A stretch of 64,000 bases of DNA from NCBI GenBank assembly GCA_001898965.1, contig MKVW01000009.1, positions 1,776,818 through 1,840,817 on the forward strand. Reading direction: 5' to 3'. Position numbers and translations under genes: made by a program. This document shows, one piece after another, positions 30,643 to 39,820 of this stretch. Source of the DNA: Rhizobiales bacterium 62-17. GTDB lineage: Bacteria > Pseudomonadota > Alphaproteobacteria > Rhizobiales > Beijerinckiaceae. Below the pieces are notes generated by a model. It ran no database searches and was not told the origin of the DNA. It saw only the letters and a list, made by a program, of their open reading frames with translations. The stretch's first letter is position 1; the number at the start of each line of letters is the position of its first letter.

Positions 30643-30981
30643 TCGGGCGAAAGGACAGCGACGCTCTGCATCGCTGTCCGCCTGCGTTGCATTCAACAGG
30701 CGTTGGCCGCAACGCAGAAGCGCACACTCCATACATATCAGCACTCTCTTACATCGGCTGCTAAGCAGTCTGCGCGCGAAAGATATCTGTTGCTATTGCG
30801 CAACATCGTCTTGCAGTTTCGCGCGAGATCAAATTCGCGCTTGTGATTGCGCATGAAGGCGATTAAACGCGCCCTCCCGGTCGTCAACTCGATGTGGATG
30901 TCAACGGATGGAGTTCAAAACCTCCTCCCGTGCAGTCGGGTCTGCCGCTCTGTATGCGGACGCCGCATCGAAGGTCGGAAT

Positions 30982-31053
30982 GCTGATCTAGCTCAGGGGT
31001 AGAGCACCGGCGTTGAGCCGGAGGCATGGGTTCGAGTCCCATGATTTGCGCCA
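30982..31053 (+). tRNA. tRNA-like gene with aberrant anticodon arm (5-nt loop GTTGA; one acceptor mismatch), possible pseudo-tRNA or uncertain isotype
   Basis: Manual fold: acceptor GCTGATC/GATTTGC (U3·U70 mismatch), D-arm TAGCTCAGGGGTAGAGC, T-arm ATGGG-TTCGAGT-CCCAT, discriminator G plus CCA. The anticodon stem CCGGC/GCCGG closes only 5 nt, so total length is 72 with CCA. Confidence 0.45.
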
Positions 31054-31124
31054 TTGGATAGCTCAGTGGGTAGAGCATCAGATTACGAATCTGACTGTCG
31101 AAGGTTCGACTCCTTCTCCAAACA
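31052..31124 (+). tRNA. tRNA-Arg (anticodon ACG) -like; begins inside the CCA of the preceding tRNA-like gene
   Basis: D-arm TAGCTCAGTGGGTAGAGC, anticodon arm TCAGA-TTACGAA-TCTGA, T-arm GAAGG-TTCGACT-CCTTC, acceptor 3' TCCAAAC+A. The 5' strand CATTGGA leaves positions 1-2 unpaired with 71-72. Confidence 0.6.
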
Positions 31125-31429
31125 CCCTGCAAAGGTGTTCGATTTTGACGATTCGGGAGCCGGCATGCCGAAGAGTGGATTGAGGCCGAAAGGTCTCTGG
31201 CCGCTCTGAAGCCTGAGGCGCAAGCTTGAAACGCGGTGACGATCAAGCCGCATGCTGGTCGGCAGGAGGAGCTTCGCTCCAAATGCCCGCTTGCACGCTG
31301 CAACGTCCGCTTCCGCGGGTCCGCGAACGCTCTCTGCCACCGGCTCCCGGATCACCGCCGGGACGCATGAACGTAAACAACGAAAGGAACATTCGGTCGA
31401 TGACTTAGCGCACCGATGGAGTAACGAAA

Positions 31430-32572
31430 ATGGCAAAGATTCTTGAAAAGATCCTGGGGCGCAAGCGCGTCCTTGTGAAGGAAAACGAACGGATCATCGC
31501 TCTGCATAAGGGCGAACTGCTCGGCATCTATGGTCCCGGTCTTCATACTCTCCCGAACCGCCAGAACAGCCTGGAGTTCGTGCGATGCGACTTGACCAAT
31601 GCCGTGTTCGTTTCGGTCTATGAGCACGCCCTTTTCGAAAAGCTCTCGGATGTCGCAAATCAGCATCTGACTGTCTTCCGAACGGCCGCCGCTGAAGTCG
31701 CGGTGATCGAGCGCGACGGCGCGATTTTCGCAGTGATGCGGCCGAACCAGAAGCTCATCGTTTGGAACGACGCGGGGCCGTGGTCGGAAACGCGCATCGA
31801 TGTGTCGGACAGCCTCGCGGTTGATTCCACGCTGATGCGCCGGATCGTCCAGGTCCGTAAGGCCGAGACGCTGAGCATGCATCTTGTCAGTGATGGGCAG
31901 GTCGGCCTGCTCTTCATCGATGGGAAGCAGGTTGGTCCGCTCAATGCCGGCATGCATGGCTTCTGGAACATCGGCAAGACTGTGCAGGTGAAGGTGGTCG
32001 ACCAGAAGTGGCAGGCGCTCGATGTCACGGGCCAGGAACTCCTGACTCGTGACCGTGTGACGATCCGTATCAACATCGCCGCCGAATACCGTGTCGTTGA
32101 CCCGGTAAAGGCGGTGAACGAGGTGAAGGATTTCGCCGATGCGCTCTACCGTGCGCTGCAGGTCGTCTTCCGCCGGACGCTCGGTAACCTGACGCTCGAT
32201 CAGATCCTTGAAAGCAAGGTGACGATCAACGAAGAGGCTGCCGGAAAGGTTCGCGAGAACATGGCGGCGATCGGGATCGAGATCTCGAACATCGAACTCA
32301 AGGACGTGATCCTGCCGGGTGAGATGCGCGAGATTCTCAATCAGGTCGTGACGGCGGAAAAGCAGGCCGAGGCCAATGTCATTCGCCGCCGCGAAGAGAC
32401 GAACGCAACCCGTTCGCTGCTCAACACCGCGAAGGTCATGGCCGAAAACCCGGTCATGCTGCGGCTGAAGGAGCTCGAGGCTCTGGAGGCCATCGCCGGC
32501 AAGGTGGAACGTCTGACGATCCACAACGGAACGGGCGGCTTGATGAACGATCTTGTCAAGCTGCGTGACTGA
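31430..32572 (+). CDS. SPFH/band-7 (stomatin/HflKC-like) domain protein without N-terminal TM anchor
   Basis: 380 aa; C-terminal half has SPFH hallmarks (RVTIRINIAAEYRVVDPVKAV..., coiled-coil EKQAEANVIRRREE); N-terminal ~190 aa are an unassigned soluble region. Confidence 0.8.
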   Translation: MAKILEKILGRKRVLVKENERIIALHKGELLGIYGPGLHTLPNRQNSLEFVRCDLTNAVFVSVYEHALFEKLSDVANQHLTVFRTAAAEVAVIERDGAIFAVMRPNQKLIVWNDAGPWSETRIDVSDSLAVDSTLMRRIVQVRKAETLSMHLVSDGQVGLLFIDGKQVGPLNAGMHGFWNIGKTVQVKVVDQKWQALDVTGQELLTRDRVTIRINIAAEYRVVDPVKAVNEVKDFADALYRALQVVFRRTLGNLTLDQILESKVTINEEAAGKVRENMAAIGIEISNIELKDVILPGEMREILNQVVTAEKQAEANVIRRREETNATRSLLNTAKVMAENPVMLRLKELEALEAIAGKVERLTIHNGTGGLMNDLVKLRD

Positions 32573-32612
32573 AAAAAGGGAGCGCCGCCCGGCATCGGGC
32601 GGCGCTTTTTTA
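32572..32612. terminator. bidirectional intrinsic terminator between the SPFH gene (+) and qor (-)
   Basis: AAAAAAGGG-AGCGCCGCCCG-gcat-CGGGCGGCGCT-TTTTTT: 11-bp GC stem flanked by an A-tract and a T-tract. Confidence 0.8.
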
Positions 32613-33581
32613 TATCGTCAGAACGATCTTGCCGATGTGGCTGTTGGCACGCATGTAATCTTGCGCCGCCAGCGCTTCATCGAGCGGAAAGGTCCGATCG
32701 ACGATCGGCTTCATCGCGCCGCTTTCAATGGCGGGGCCAAGGTCGGCCCAGGCGCGCCGCGAGATTTCGATTTTTTCGTCTTGTGAACGCGTGCGGAAGG
32801 TGACGCCGATCAGCTTCAGCCGCTTGAGTGCGATCTTGTCGAGGTCGATCTGATCGATCTTGCCGCCGAGGCGGCCGATGCTGACGATGCGCCCCTTGAC
32901 GGCGGCGGCGTCCATCAGATCGCCCAATAGGCCGGCACCGACATTGTCGGCTGCGACATCGATGCCTTTCTTGCCCGTCGCGCCCATGCAGGCTTCGGCG
33001 AGATTGTCGCGGCCGGCGAGAATGCCGAGATCGAGACCGACGGCTTTCAGGCGCGCCAGTTTGTCGGCATCCCGCGAAGTTCCCGCGACCAGGCTGGCGC
33101 CGAGCGCCCGCGCGATCTGGATCATCGTGGTGCCAACACCGGCCGTGACACTGGTGATGAGAACAGCATCACCGCGCTTCAATTCGCCATTGCTGACCAA
33201 AGCATCATGGCCGGTCGACAGAAACACCGGGATCGCGGCGGCCTCCGTAAAACTCAGATGCGCCGGCACGCGGAAGGCGATGCGCCAGTCGGCCACGGCG
33301 AGTTCGGCATAGGCTTTCGTCGTCATCGACATCACGCGATCGCCGAGCGCGAAACCTTTCACCGCCGCGCCGATGCCGATCACTTCGCCGGCGACTTCCA
33401 TGCCGGCAATATTGGCTTGCGGCTCATCGGGGTTGCCAACCGGCCGGCTGAGATCGGCCCGGTTGAGACCTATGGCTTTCACGGCGATCAACAGGTCGTT
33501 ATCGCCAGCCTTGGGTTCCGGCACGTCATGGATAGCGAGTGAAGAGCCGTTCGGGCCCTTCACGTTGAGAGCGGCTTTCAT
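32610..33581 (-). CDS. qor: NADPH:quinone oxidoreductase / zinc-type alcohol dehydrogenase-like (MDR) protein
   Basis: Start at MKAALNVKG with GGAAGG RBS; GroES-like N-domain and Rossmann region (ITSVTAGVGTTMIQIA). Confidence 0.85.
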   Translation of the reverse strand: MKAALNVKGPNGSSLAIHDVPEPKAGDNDLLIAVKAIGLNRADLSRPVGNPDEPQANIAGMEVAGEVIGIGAAVKGFALGDRVMSMTTKAYAELAVADWRIAFRVPAHLSFTEAAAIPVFLSTGHDALVSNGELKRGDAVLITSVTAGVGTTMIQIARALGASLVAGTSRDADKLARLKAVGLDLGILAGRDNLAEACMGATGKKGIDVAADNVGAGLLGDLMDAAAVKGRIVSIGRLGGKIDQIDLDKIALKRLKLIGVTFRTRSQDEKIEISRRAWADLGPAIESGAMKPIVDRTFPLDEALAAQDYMRANSHIGKIVLTI

Positions 33582-33594
33582 AGAAACCTTCCGA

Positions 33595-34575
33595 TTATTG
33601 CGGTGTGAGATTGGCGAGTTTGGTGATGTTACGCCAATAGTCCATGTCGCTGGTGAGGCGCTTGCGCACATATTCGCGATCGCCGAACAACGGATCGCCG
33701 CCCTGCGATTTCAGAAAGTCCTTGGTCTCGGGCATGGCGGTGATCTTGTCGAACCAGACCGCCAGTTGATCGTTGATCTCGCGTGGGACGCCTGAGGGTA
33801 CGAAGACGGCCCACCAGGGCGCGACGACCACGCTTTGGTAGCCGGATTCCTGCATGGTCGGAATGTCGGGCGCGGCGGAGGGGCGACGCGTTCCCGTCGT
33901 CGCCAGGATCCTGACCTTGCCTGCATGCTGCTGGCCCAGGACATACATCACATCTCCGAAGGCGAAATCGACCTGCTGCGCCGCCACGTCGGAAATCGCC
34001 TGGCCCGTCGCCTTATAGGTGACTTGCGTGACGTCGAGATTGGCTTCCTTGAGATAAAGCACCGTCGAGGCAATAGCCGACGTCACCGCCCAGCCGTAGG
34101 TGGCTTTTGGCCCTTTATTGCGCAGATAGGCCGTGAGATCGGCGACACTCTTGACGGGGAGTTGCGGATGGACGCTGAGCGCGAAGACAAGTTCGGCGAC
34201 CGCCGTCACCGGTTCGATATCCTTGAGGGTGTCGAAGCGCAGGTTTTTATAGATGGCGGGGCTCGCGGCCAGTCCGGCGGCGCCGCCGAAGAGAATGGAA
34301 TAGCCGTCCGGTTTGGCCGTGGCGATGGCTTCCGAGGCGATATTGCCGGCCGCACCCGGTTTGTTCTCGATGACGACGGTGGCGCCGGACACTTCCGAAA
34401 GCTTCTGGCTGAACCAGCGGCACATGATGTCGGCGCCGCTGCCGGCGGGAAAACCAAGAATGATGCGGATGGGTCGTTCGGGGTAAGCGGCGGAGGCGGG
34501 TGTCGTCGCCAACGCCAAGCCCACCAATATCAAACTCACCGGCCCAAGTTGCAGCACTGCGCGCAGACGGCCCAT
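33595..34575 (-). CDS. tctC: tripartite tricarboxylate transporter substrate-binding protein (TctC/Bug family), orphan
   Basis: 326 aa; signal peptide; Bug-family motifs (ENKPGAAGNIASE); no tctAB nearby. Confidence 0.85.
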   Translation of the reverse strand: MGRLRAVLQLGPVSLILVGLALATTPASAAYPERPIRIILGFPAGSGADIMCRWFSQKLSEVSGATVVIENKPGAAGNIASEAIATAKPDGYSILFGGAAGLAASPAIYKNLRFDTLKDIEPVTAVAELVFALSVHPQLPVKSVADLTAYLRNKGPKATYGWAVTSAIASTVLYLKEANLDVTQVTYKATGQAISDVAAQQVDFAFGDVMYVLGQQHAGKVRILATTGTRRPSAAPDIPTMQESGYQSVVVAPWWAVFVPSGVPREINDQLAVWFDKITAMPETKDFLKSQGGDPLFGDREYVRKRLTSDMDYWRNITKLANLTPQ

Positions 34576-34658
34576 GGTTCCTCCCTCCGGTCTTGTTGAC
34601 GGCTGTGCGCCGTCTTGACTGGATGATAGGCAGTAAACCTGTCACTCGTCTACATCCG

Positions 34659-36776
34659 CTAGCGCACGACGATCAAAGCATCGAGCGCCAACGCGCCTTC
34701 TCCTTCGCTGTGGACGATCACCGGATTGACATCGACTTCCGCGACTTCAGGGTGGGCCATGATGAAAGCACCGAGCTTCGCCGCGATCGCGGCCGCCGCA
34801 TCAACATCGCGTGCCGGCGATCCGCGAAAGGCGCCGAGCAAGGCAGCGCCCTTGAGACGGCGCAGCTCTGAGGCGATCGCTTCCGCGCCAAGGTCGGGCG
34901 CCAATGTCACCACGTCGTGCAGCGCTTCGGTGAATACGCCGCCGAGGCCGATCACCAGCACCGGTCCCCAGTCCTTGTCGTTACGGGCACCAAAGATCAG
35001 TTCGACGCCGCGCGGCGCCATTTTCTCGACGAGCACGCCATCGAGCACCAGATCGGGCTTGGCCAATGCAACGTTGGAATAGAGCCGCGACCAGCCCTCG
35101 ATGATATCCTTGTCGGTGTTCAGTCCCAGGATAACGCCGCCGACATCGCTTTTATGTGCCAGCTCGCTCGCCTGCGCCTTCAACGCGACAGGGTAGCCCA
35201 TGCGCCGGGCCGCCGCTTGTGCGTCCTCGATGGTCGTGACGAATTCCGCCGGCGGCACCGGAATGCCTTCGGCTTCGAGTATCTTCTTGGCGATATGTTC
35301 GGGAATGATGCCCGACAGCAACTTGTGCTTATAGGGCTTGCGCGCCACGGGCGCGATCGGCGCCTGCTTGCGTCGATAGTAGCGCTGCAGAAAAGCCAGC
35401 GCGCGCAGGCAGCGCTCGGGCGAACGAAAGAACGGGATGTTCAACGCCCGCAACTCGCTGAGCGCTTCGCGTGGCATTTCGCCATCGTCGCCCAGCATGG
35501 CGATGATGACCGGCTTTTTGAAGGGTGCCTCCTTGGCGGCATCGACCACGGGTTTGAATTTGCGCGCGGCCGTGCCGGGAGACGAAACGATACTAGCGTA
35601 GATGATACTGCCGAACGCATCGTCGATGAGCAGCGGGTCCAGCGCCTTGCGATAGAGCAGGGGATCGACCAGCGCCTGCGCCGTCAAGTCGAGCGGATTG
35701 GTGCCATGGATGAGGCCCGGCGCCAGCTTGTCGAGAATAGCGTGCGCGGTCGGCGAGGGTTGCGGCAAATCGAGGCCGATCTGCTGGCAATAGTCGAGCG
35801 ACATGCCCTTATAGGCGCCGGAATCGGTGATAATGGCCGGGCCGCCGATAATGGGCTCCGGGAAACGGATGAACAGTTCGGCGACATCGATGAGCTGTTC
35901 CAGCGTCTCGACGACGGCGACGCCTTCGCGCTCGGTCAATGCGCGCATCACATCCCAATCGCCGCTCATGGCACCGGTGTGGGTCTGCGCTGATTCACGC
36001 GCCGCCGCGCTGCGGCCCGGATGTAGCAATACGACAGGTTTGTGCAGCTCGCGGGCTCGTCGCATCAGCGCGCGGAAGCGGGGTGGGTCACGGAACTGTT
36101 CGGCAACAAGCGCCAACACATGGGTCGTCTCGTCCTCGATCATCAGATCGAGAAAATCTTCCAGTCCGTTCAACGCTTCGTTGCCGGTCGAGACGAACAG
36201 CGACACGGCGATATCGTGCGCATGCAGCGCCGTGCGCAGAACCGTCGCCATGGCGCCCGATTGCGAGACGATGCCGACCGCGCGCCGGCCAGCCAGCGGC
36301 GCATTGTCGGTCGGTGCGAAGGTCATCGGTATGCCATCGACATAATTGATATAGCCCAGGCAATTGGGGCCTTCGATCGCCATGCCGGCGTCGCGCGCGA
36401 TCCGCGCCAGATGGTCCTGCGCCTGGCGGCCTTCGGCATTCAGCTCGGCGAATCCGGCACCGAAAATTACAACACCGCCGACGCCGCGCTCGATACAGCC
36501 TTGCATCGCATCCATCGCGGCGGCTTGCGGCACCGCGAGCACGGCGCAATCGACGCCATCAGGCAGATCGCGTGTCGATTTCAGGCACGGACGCCCGTTG
36601 ATCTCGGTGCGGTTTGGATTGATGAGATGAATCGCGCCTTGATAGCCGAAGCGATCGAGATTGCCCAGAACGCTGTTGCCCAGCGCGCCTGGTGTCGGCG
36701 AAGCGCCGACGATGGCGATCGATCGCGGTCGCAACAGACGTTGAATGGCATGCTGCGATGTACTCGGCGCGGTCAT
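34659..36776 (-). CDS. acetate--CoA ligase family protein (ADP/NDP-forming acyl-CoA synthetase; CoA-binding + succinyl-CoA-synthetase-like + ATP-grasp domains)
   Basis: 705 aa; N-terminal CoA-binding (IAIVGASPTPGALGNSV), central ligase-CoA region, C-terminal ATP-grasp. Confidence 0.85.
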   Translation of the reverse strand: MTAPSTSQHAIQRLLRPRSIAIVGASPTPGALGNSVLGNLDRFGYQGAIHLINPNRTEINGRPCLKSTRDLPDGVDCAVLAVPQAAAMDAMQGCIERGVGGVVIFGAGFAELNAEGRQAQDHLARIARDAGMAIEGPNCLGYINYVDGIPMTFAPTDNAPLAGRRAVGIVSQSGAMATVLRTALHAHDIAVSLFVSTGNEALNGLEDFLDLMIEDETTHVLALVAEQFRDPPRFRALMRRARELHKPVVLLHPGRSAAARESAQTHTGAMSGDWDVMRALTEREGVAVVETLEQLIDVAELFIRFPEPIIGGPAIITDSGAYKGMSLDYCQQIGLDLPQPSPTAHAILDKLAPGLIHGTNPLDLTAQALVDPLLYRKALDPLLIDDAFGSIIYASIVSSPGTAARKFKPVVDAAKEAPFKKPVIIAMLGDDGEMPREALSELRALNIPFFRSPERCLRALAFLQRYYRRKQAPIAPVARKPYKHKLLSGIIPEHIAKKILEAEGIPVPPAEFVTTIEDAQAAARRMGYPVALKAQASELAHKSDVGGVILGLNTDKDIIEGWSRLYSNVALAKPDLVLDGVLVEKMAPRGVELIFGARNDKDWGPVLVIGLGGVFTEALHDVVTLAPDLGAEAIASELRRLKGAALLGAFRGSPARDVDAAAAIAAKLGAFIMAHPEVAEVDVNPVIVHSEGEGALALDALIVVR

Positions 36777-36875
36777 GGGAACGGCTCTTGTTATGGTGCG
36801 ACCGCGCGGATGGGCACGATCTTCCTCCGTCCCTGCACCCTAAACAATCTCAGGAAGGCTGAGCAAGGGCGGCGA

Positions 36876-38351
36876 TCAAAGGCCGCGCGGCGGCAGCATG
36901 ATGCGGAATGTCGCGCCGGGGCCGTCGTCCTGCGGCAACAGGATGATGTCGCCGCCGTGCGCATGGACGATTTCGGCGGCGATGGCGAGGCCGAGGCCCG
37001 TACCGCCCGAACGTGCCGAGCCGCGAAAGGCCTCGAACATCGCCGCGCGCGCCCGCGCTGGCACGCCAGGACCATTGTCGGTGATCTCGATGATGATTTT
37101 ATTGTCCTCGCGCCGGGAGGTGACGCTGACACGCGGGTCCTCGCCGTTGAAGGCGCCCGCCGCTTCCAGCGCTTCGATGGAATTGCGGCACATGTTGAGG
37201 AGAACGCGCAACATCTGCTCGCCGTCGGCGACGATTTTCATATTGCCGTCGACGCCATTGTCGAGCGTGACGCGCTGATGGCTGTGTGGCGCGACGGTTT
37301 CGAACGCCTCGTCGACCAAGGCACGCAGGCCGAGCTGGCCAAACTGCGGCGCGCTTTCCACCGCCCGTCCATAGGTCAGCGTCGATTGGCAATAGCTGAT
37401 GGCGCGGTCGAGCGTGGCGATCAACTTGGGGCCGATCGAGCGGACGAGCGGATCGGAGGACGACGCCAGTCTGTCCGACAGCAGTTGCGCCGTCGACAGC
37501 ATGTTGCGCAGGTCGTGATTGATCTTGGCGACGGCGAGGCCGAGCGCCGCCAGATGTTTCTTCTGCCGCAATTCGTCGACCAGCGTCGTCTGCATGCCGG
37601 CCAGTGCCATTTCCGCATCGCCGATCTCATGCAGGCGGCCTGAGGGTTCGATGATGCGCGTGGGATCTTCCGGGTCTTCGCCGAAACGTTTCAGATTGTC
37701 GGTGAGCCGGCGCACCGGTCGTAGCACGAAGATATGCAGGGTCGCGACAGCCAGCGCCGCGAGCAAAACCGACAAGGTCAGCGACACCAGGAGCACGTTG
37801 ATCGAGCGCGTCCACATGGCATTGCGCAGCGCCGTCTCGTCGATGGTGATGTCGATATATTCGGCACCCATCGGCGCATCGCCGACGACGCTGATCGTAC
37901 GTCCTTGATGACCGAACAGCGTGCGCAGCGCCGACATCATCGATTCGATCGGCGTGGCCGTGCGCAAATCGTAGCGTTCGTCGACGCTGGGTGGCATGTC
38001 GGTGGAGGCCAGCAGCCGGCGCGACGACGGCAGTTTGAGCGCGATCGATTGCGCGCCGACGCTGGTGAGCAAATCGTTCTTCAGCGGCTCCGGCACCATT
38101 TCATCGGGCGCCGCATCGAGCACGAGAGCGGCGATATAGGCGGCGCTCAATTGATCGCGCAGCCGATAATTGCGGAATGTCGCCATCCACGGCACGAACA
38201 CCGCGACCTGCACCAGCAGGATGAGCGCCAAGGTGCCCAGAAGGACGCGCGAAATCAGCCCAATCCGCACGGTGCGCTGGCGCTCCCGCGGGAGGGGAGC
38301 GTCCAGCGGCAGGGCTTCTGTCGCAGCGCCAGGTCCGACTTTGGCGTCCAT
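36876..38351 (-). CDS. membrane sensor histidine kinase (two TM helices, periplasmic sensor, HisKA + HATPase_c); no cognate response regulator in window
   Basis: 491 aa; TM ~30-55 and ~190-212; H-box KINHDLRNMLSTAQ; G-boxes ITDNGPGV and GGTGLGLAIA. Confidence 0.8.
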   Translation of the reverse strand: MDAKVGPGAATEALPLDAPLPRERQRTVRIGLISRVLLGTLALILLVQVAVFVPWMATFRNYRLRDQLSAAYIAALVLDAAPDEMVPEPLKNDLLTSVGAQSIALKLPSSRRLLASTDMPPSVDERYDLRTATPIESMMSALRTLFGHQGRTISVVGDAPMGAEYIDITIDETALRNAMWTRSINVLLVSLTLSVLLAALAVATLHIFVLRPVRRLTDNLKRFGEDPEDPTRIIEPSGRLHEIGDAEMALAGMQTTLVDELRQKKHLAALGLAVAKINHDLRNMLSTAQLLSDRLASSSDPLVRSIGPKLIATLDRAISYCQSTLTYGRAVESAPQFGQLGLRALVDEAFETVAPHSHQRVTLDNGVDGNMKIVADGEQMLRVLLNMCRNSIEALEAAGAFNGEDPRVSVTSRREDNKIIIEITDNGPGVPARARAAMFEAFRGSARSGGTGLGLAIAAEIVHAHGGDIILLPQDDGPGATFRIMLPPRGL

Positions 38352-38398
38352 ACCAACCCTTTTAGCGTATCAGCGGCGGTTTGTATTCCGCGCCGCCT

Positions 38399-39820
38399 CT
38401 ATCCGAGCTTGCGTAATAGTCCAATCAGGCTCTGAACCGAGGGACTGCGAAACTTTGCCGAAAAATGTTGCAGTGCTGTCCGCCGTGAGGCGTCCGCCAG
38501 ACTCATGGCGGGAATCGGCATCGCCGCCATATCCTCGATCCGCAGCCTTTTCATGGCGGCCAGTTGCCACGGCGCAATCAATTCCTGGGCTTGGGGACCG
38601 AGGATCGATGCGCCAAGCACCGTGCCGTCTCGGGCAACCATAGCCTTGACTAGGCCGTGCACGGGCAGGCCGGCATGGGCCGCATCGGCCTCGCTCAGGG
38701 GCAGGCGATAGATGCGCAGGGCGGCATCCTTGGCGCGCGCTTCCGTCTCGCTCAGGCCGGCGGTGGCGATGGCGGGATCCGTATGAATAACGCGCGCCGC
38801 GCTGGCGGGCGTGAAGGAAACGGGCTGGCGAAACAGGAGATGGCGCAATAGCAGGCCGGCTTGCACTTGCGTGGCCTGAGTTGATCCGGCACCGATGACA
38901 TCGCCGATGGCGTGGACGCGCCAATTGCTGGTGCGGAAGTTGCGCTTCACTTTGATGCCATCGTGATCGAAGGCGATGCCGGCCTGTTCCAGGCCGATGC
39001 CGTGAACACTCGGCGCGCGGTGTTCGGCGATCAGCACATGGCTTGCGGCGCAGGTTTCATCGCGCCCTTGATGCCGATAAGCGGCGCGCAGGCCAGCGCT
39101 GTCGGGATCGATGCGAATGGCTTCGACGGGCGCTTGCAAAACGACACCTTCGCGCGCGAGCTCATCGAACAACGGTTGCCGCAATTCGTCGTCGATCTCG
39201 GGCAGCAGTGGGCTGTCGGCAATCACCGTGACGCGGCTGCCCAAGCGCTGATAAGCCTGTGCCAGTTCAAGTCCATGCGTTGAGGCACCGATGACGAGCA
39301 GGTGCTTCGGCAGTTCAGGCAGCTCGAAAATCGTTTCGCTGGTGAGGGCGCGTACATATTCGAGCCCGGTGATGGGAGGCAGAACGGGGGCGGCGCCGGT
39401 GGCGAGCACGAAACGCCGTGCTTCCACCTTGATATCGCCGACCTGAACGCTTTTCGCGGAGACGAAGTGAGCATTGCCGCGCAGGACACGCAGGTTCATC
39501 GCCTGCATCCGGGCTTCGCTCACCGATGGCGCAACCGCAGCGATCGCCGTCTGGATATGCGCACGCACGGCGGCATAATCGATGCGTGGCTCGCTCGGCG
39601 CGAGGCCGAGCTTGCTGCTCTGGCGCATGTCATGCGCGGCTTGCGCCGCCTCCGCCAGGCTGCGCGTCGCGACGCTGCCGTGATGCAGATGCGTGCCGCC
39701 CATCTCGCTCTTTTCGATGAGGACGGTCGGCACGCCGAAGGCGGCGGCACCCATGGCGAGCGCCAGCCCGCCCGCGCCAGCCCCGATGATGCAGATGTCG
39801 GGCGTCAGAGTTTCGCTCAT
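38399..39820 (-). CDS. FAD-dependent pyridine nucleotide-disulfide oxidoreductase family protein lacking the redox-active CxxxxC (dihydrolipoyl dehydrogenase / mercuric reductase-like)
   Basis: 473 aa; FAD GxGxxG (IIGAGAGGLALA); NAD site (VIGASTHGLELA); the position of the usual GGTCLNVGC reads GGTHLHHGSV; the C-terminal HPT-SE dyad region reads PIPAMSLAD. Confidence 0.8.
   Translation of the reverse strand: MSETLTPDICIIGAGAGGLALAMGAAAFGVPTVLIEKSEMGGTHLHHGSVATRSLAEAAQAAHDMRQSSKLGLAPSEPRIDYAAVRAHIQTAIAAVAPSVSEARMQAMNLRVLRGNAHFVSAKSVQVGDIKVEARRFVLATGAAPVLPPITGLEYVRALTSETIFELPELPKHLLVIGASTHGLELAQAYQRLGSRVTVIADSPLLPEIDDELRQPLFDELAREGVVLQAPVEAIRIDPDSAGLRAAYRHQGRDETCAASHVLIAEHRAPSVHGIGLEQAGIAFDHDGIKVKRNFRTSNWRVHAIGDVIGAGSTQATQVQAGLLLRHLLFRQPVSFTPASAARVIHTDPAIATAGLSETEARAKDAALRIYRLPLSEADAAHAGLPVHGLVKAMVARDGTVLGASILGPQAQELIAPWQLAAMKRLRIEDMAAMPIPAMSLADASRRTALQHFSAKFRSPSVQSLIGLLRKLG

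Noticed and set aside
30884-31303. 139-aa minus-strand ORF across the tRNA pair
   Set aside because: It overlaps two tRNA cloverleaves on the opposite strand and has no RBS or homology features.
36088-36549. 153-aa Arg/Cys-rich minus-strand ORF and plus-strand ORFs 35827..36349 within the acyl-CoA synthetase gene
   Set aside because: They overlap, off-frame, a 705-aa gene with CoA-binding and ATP-grasp motifs, and their composition is typical of GC-rich shadow frames.
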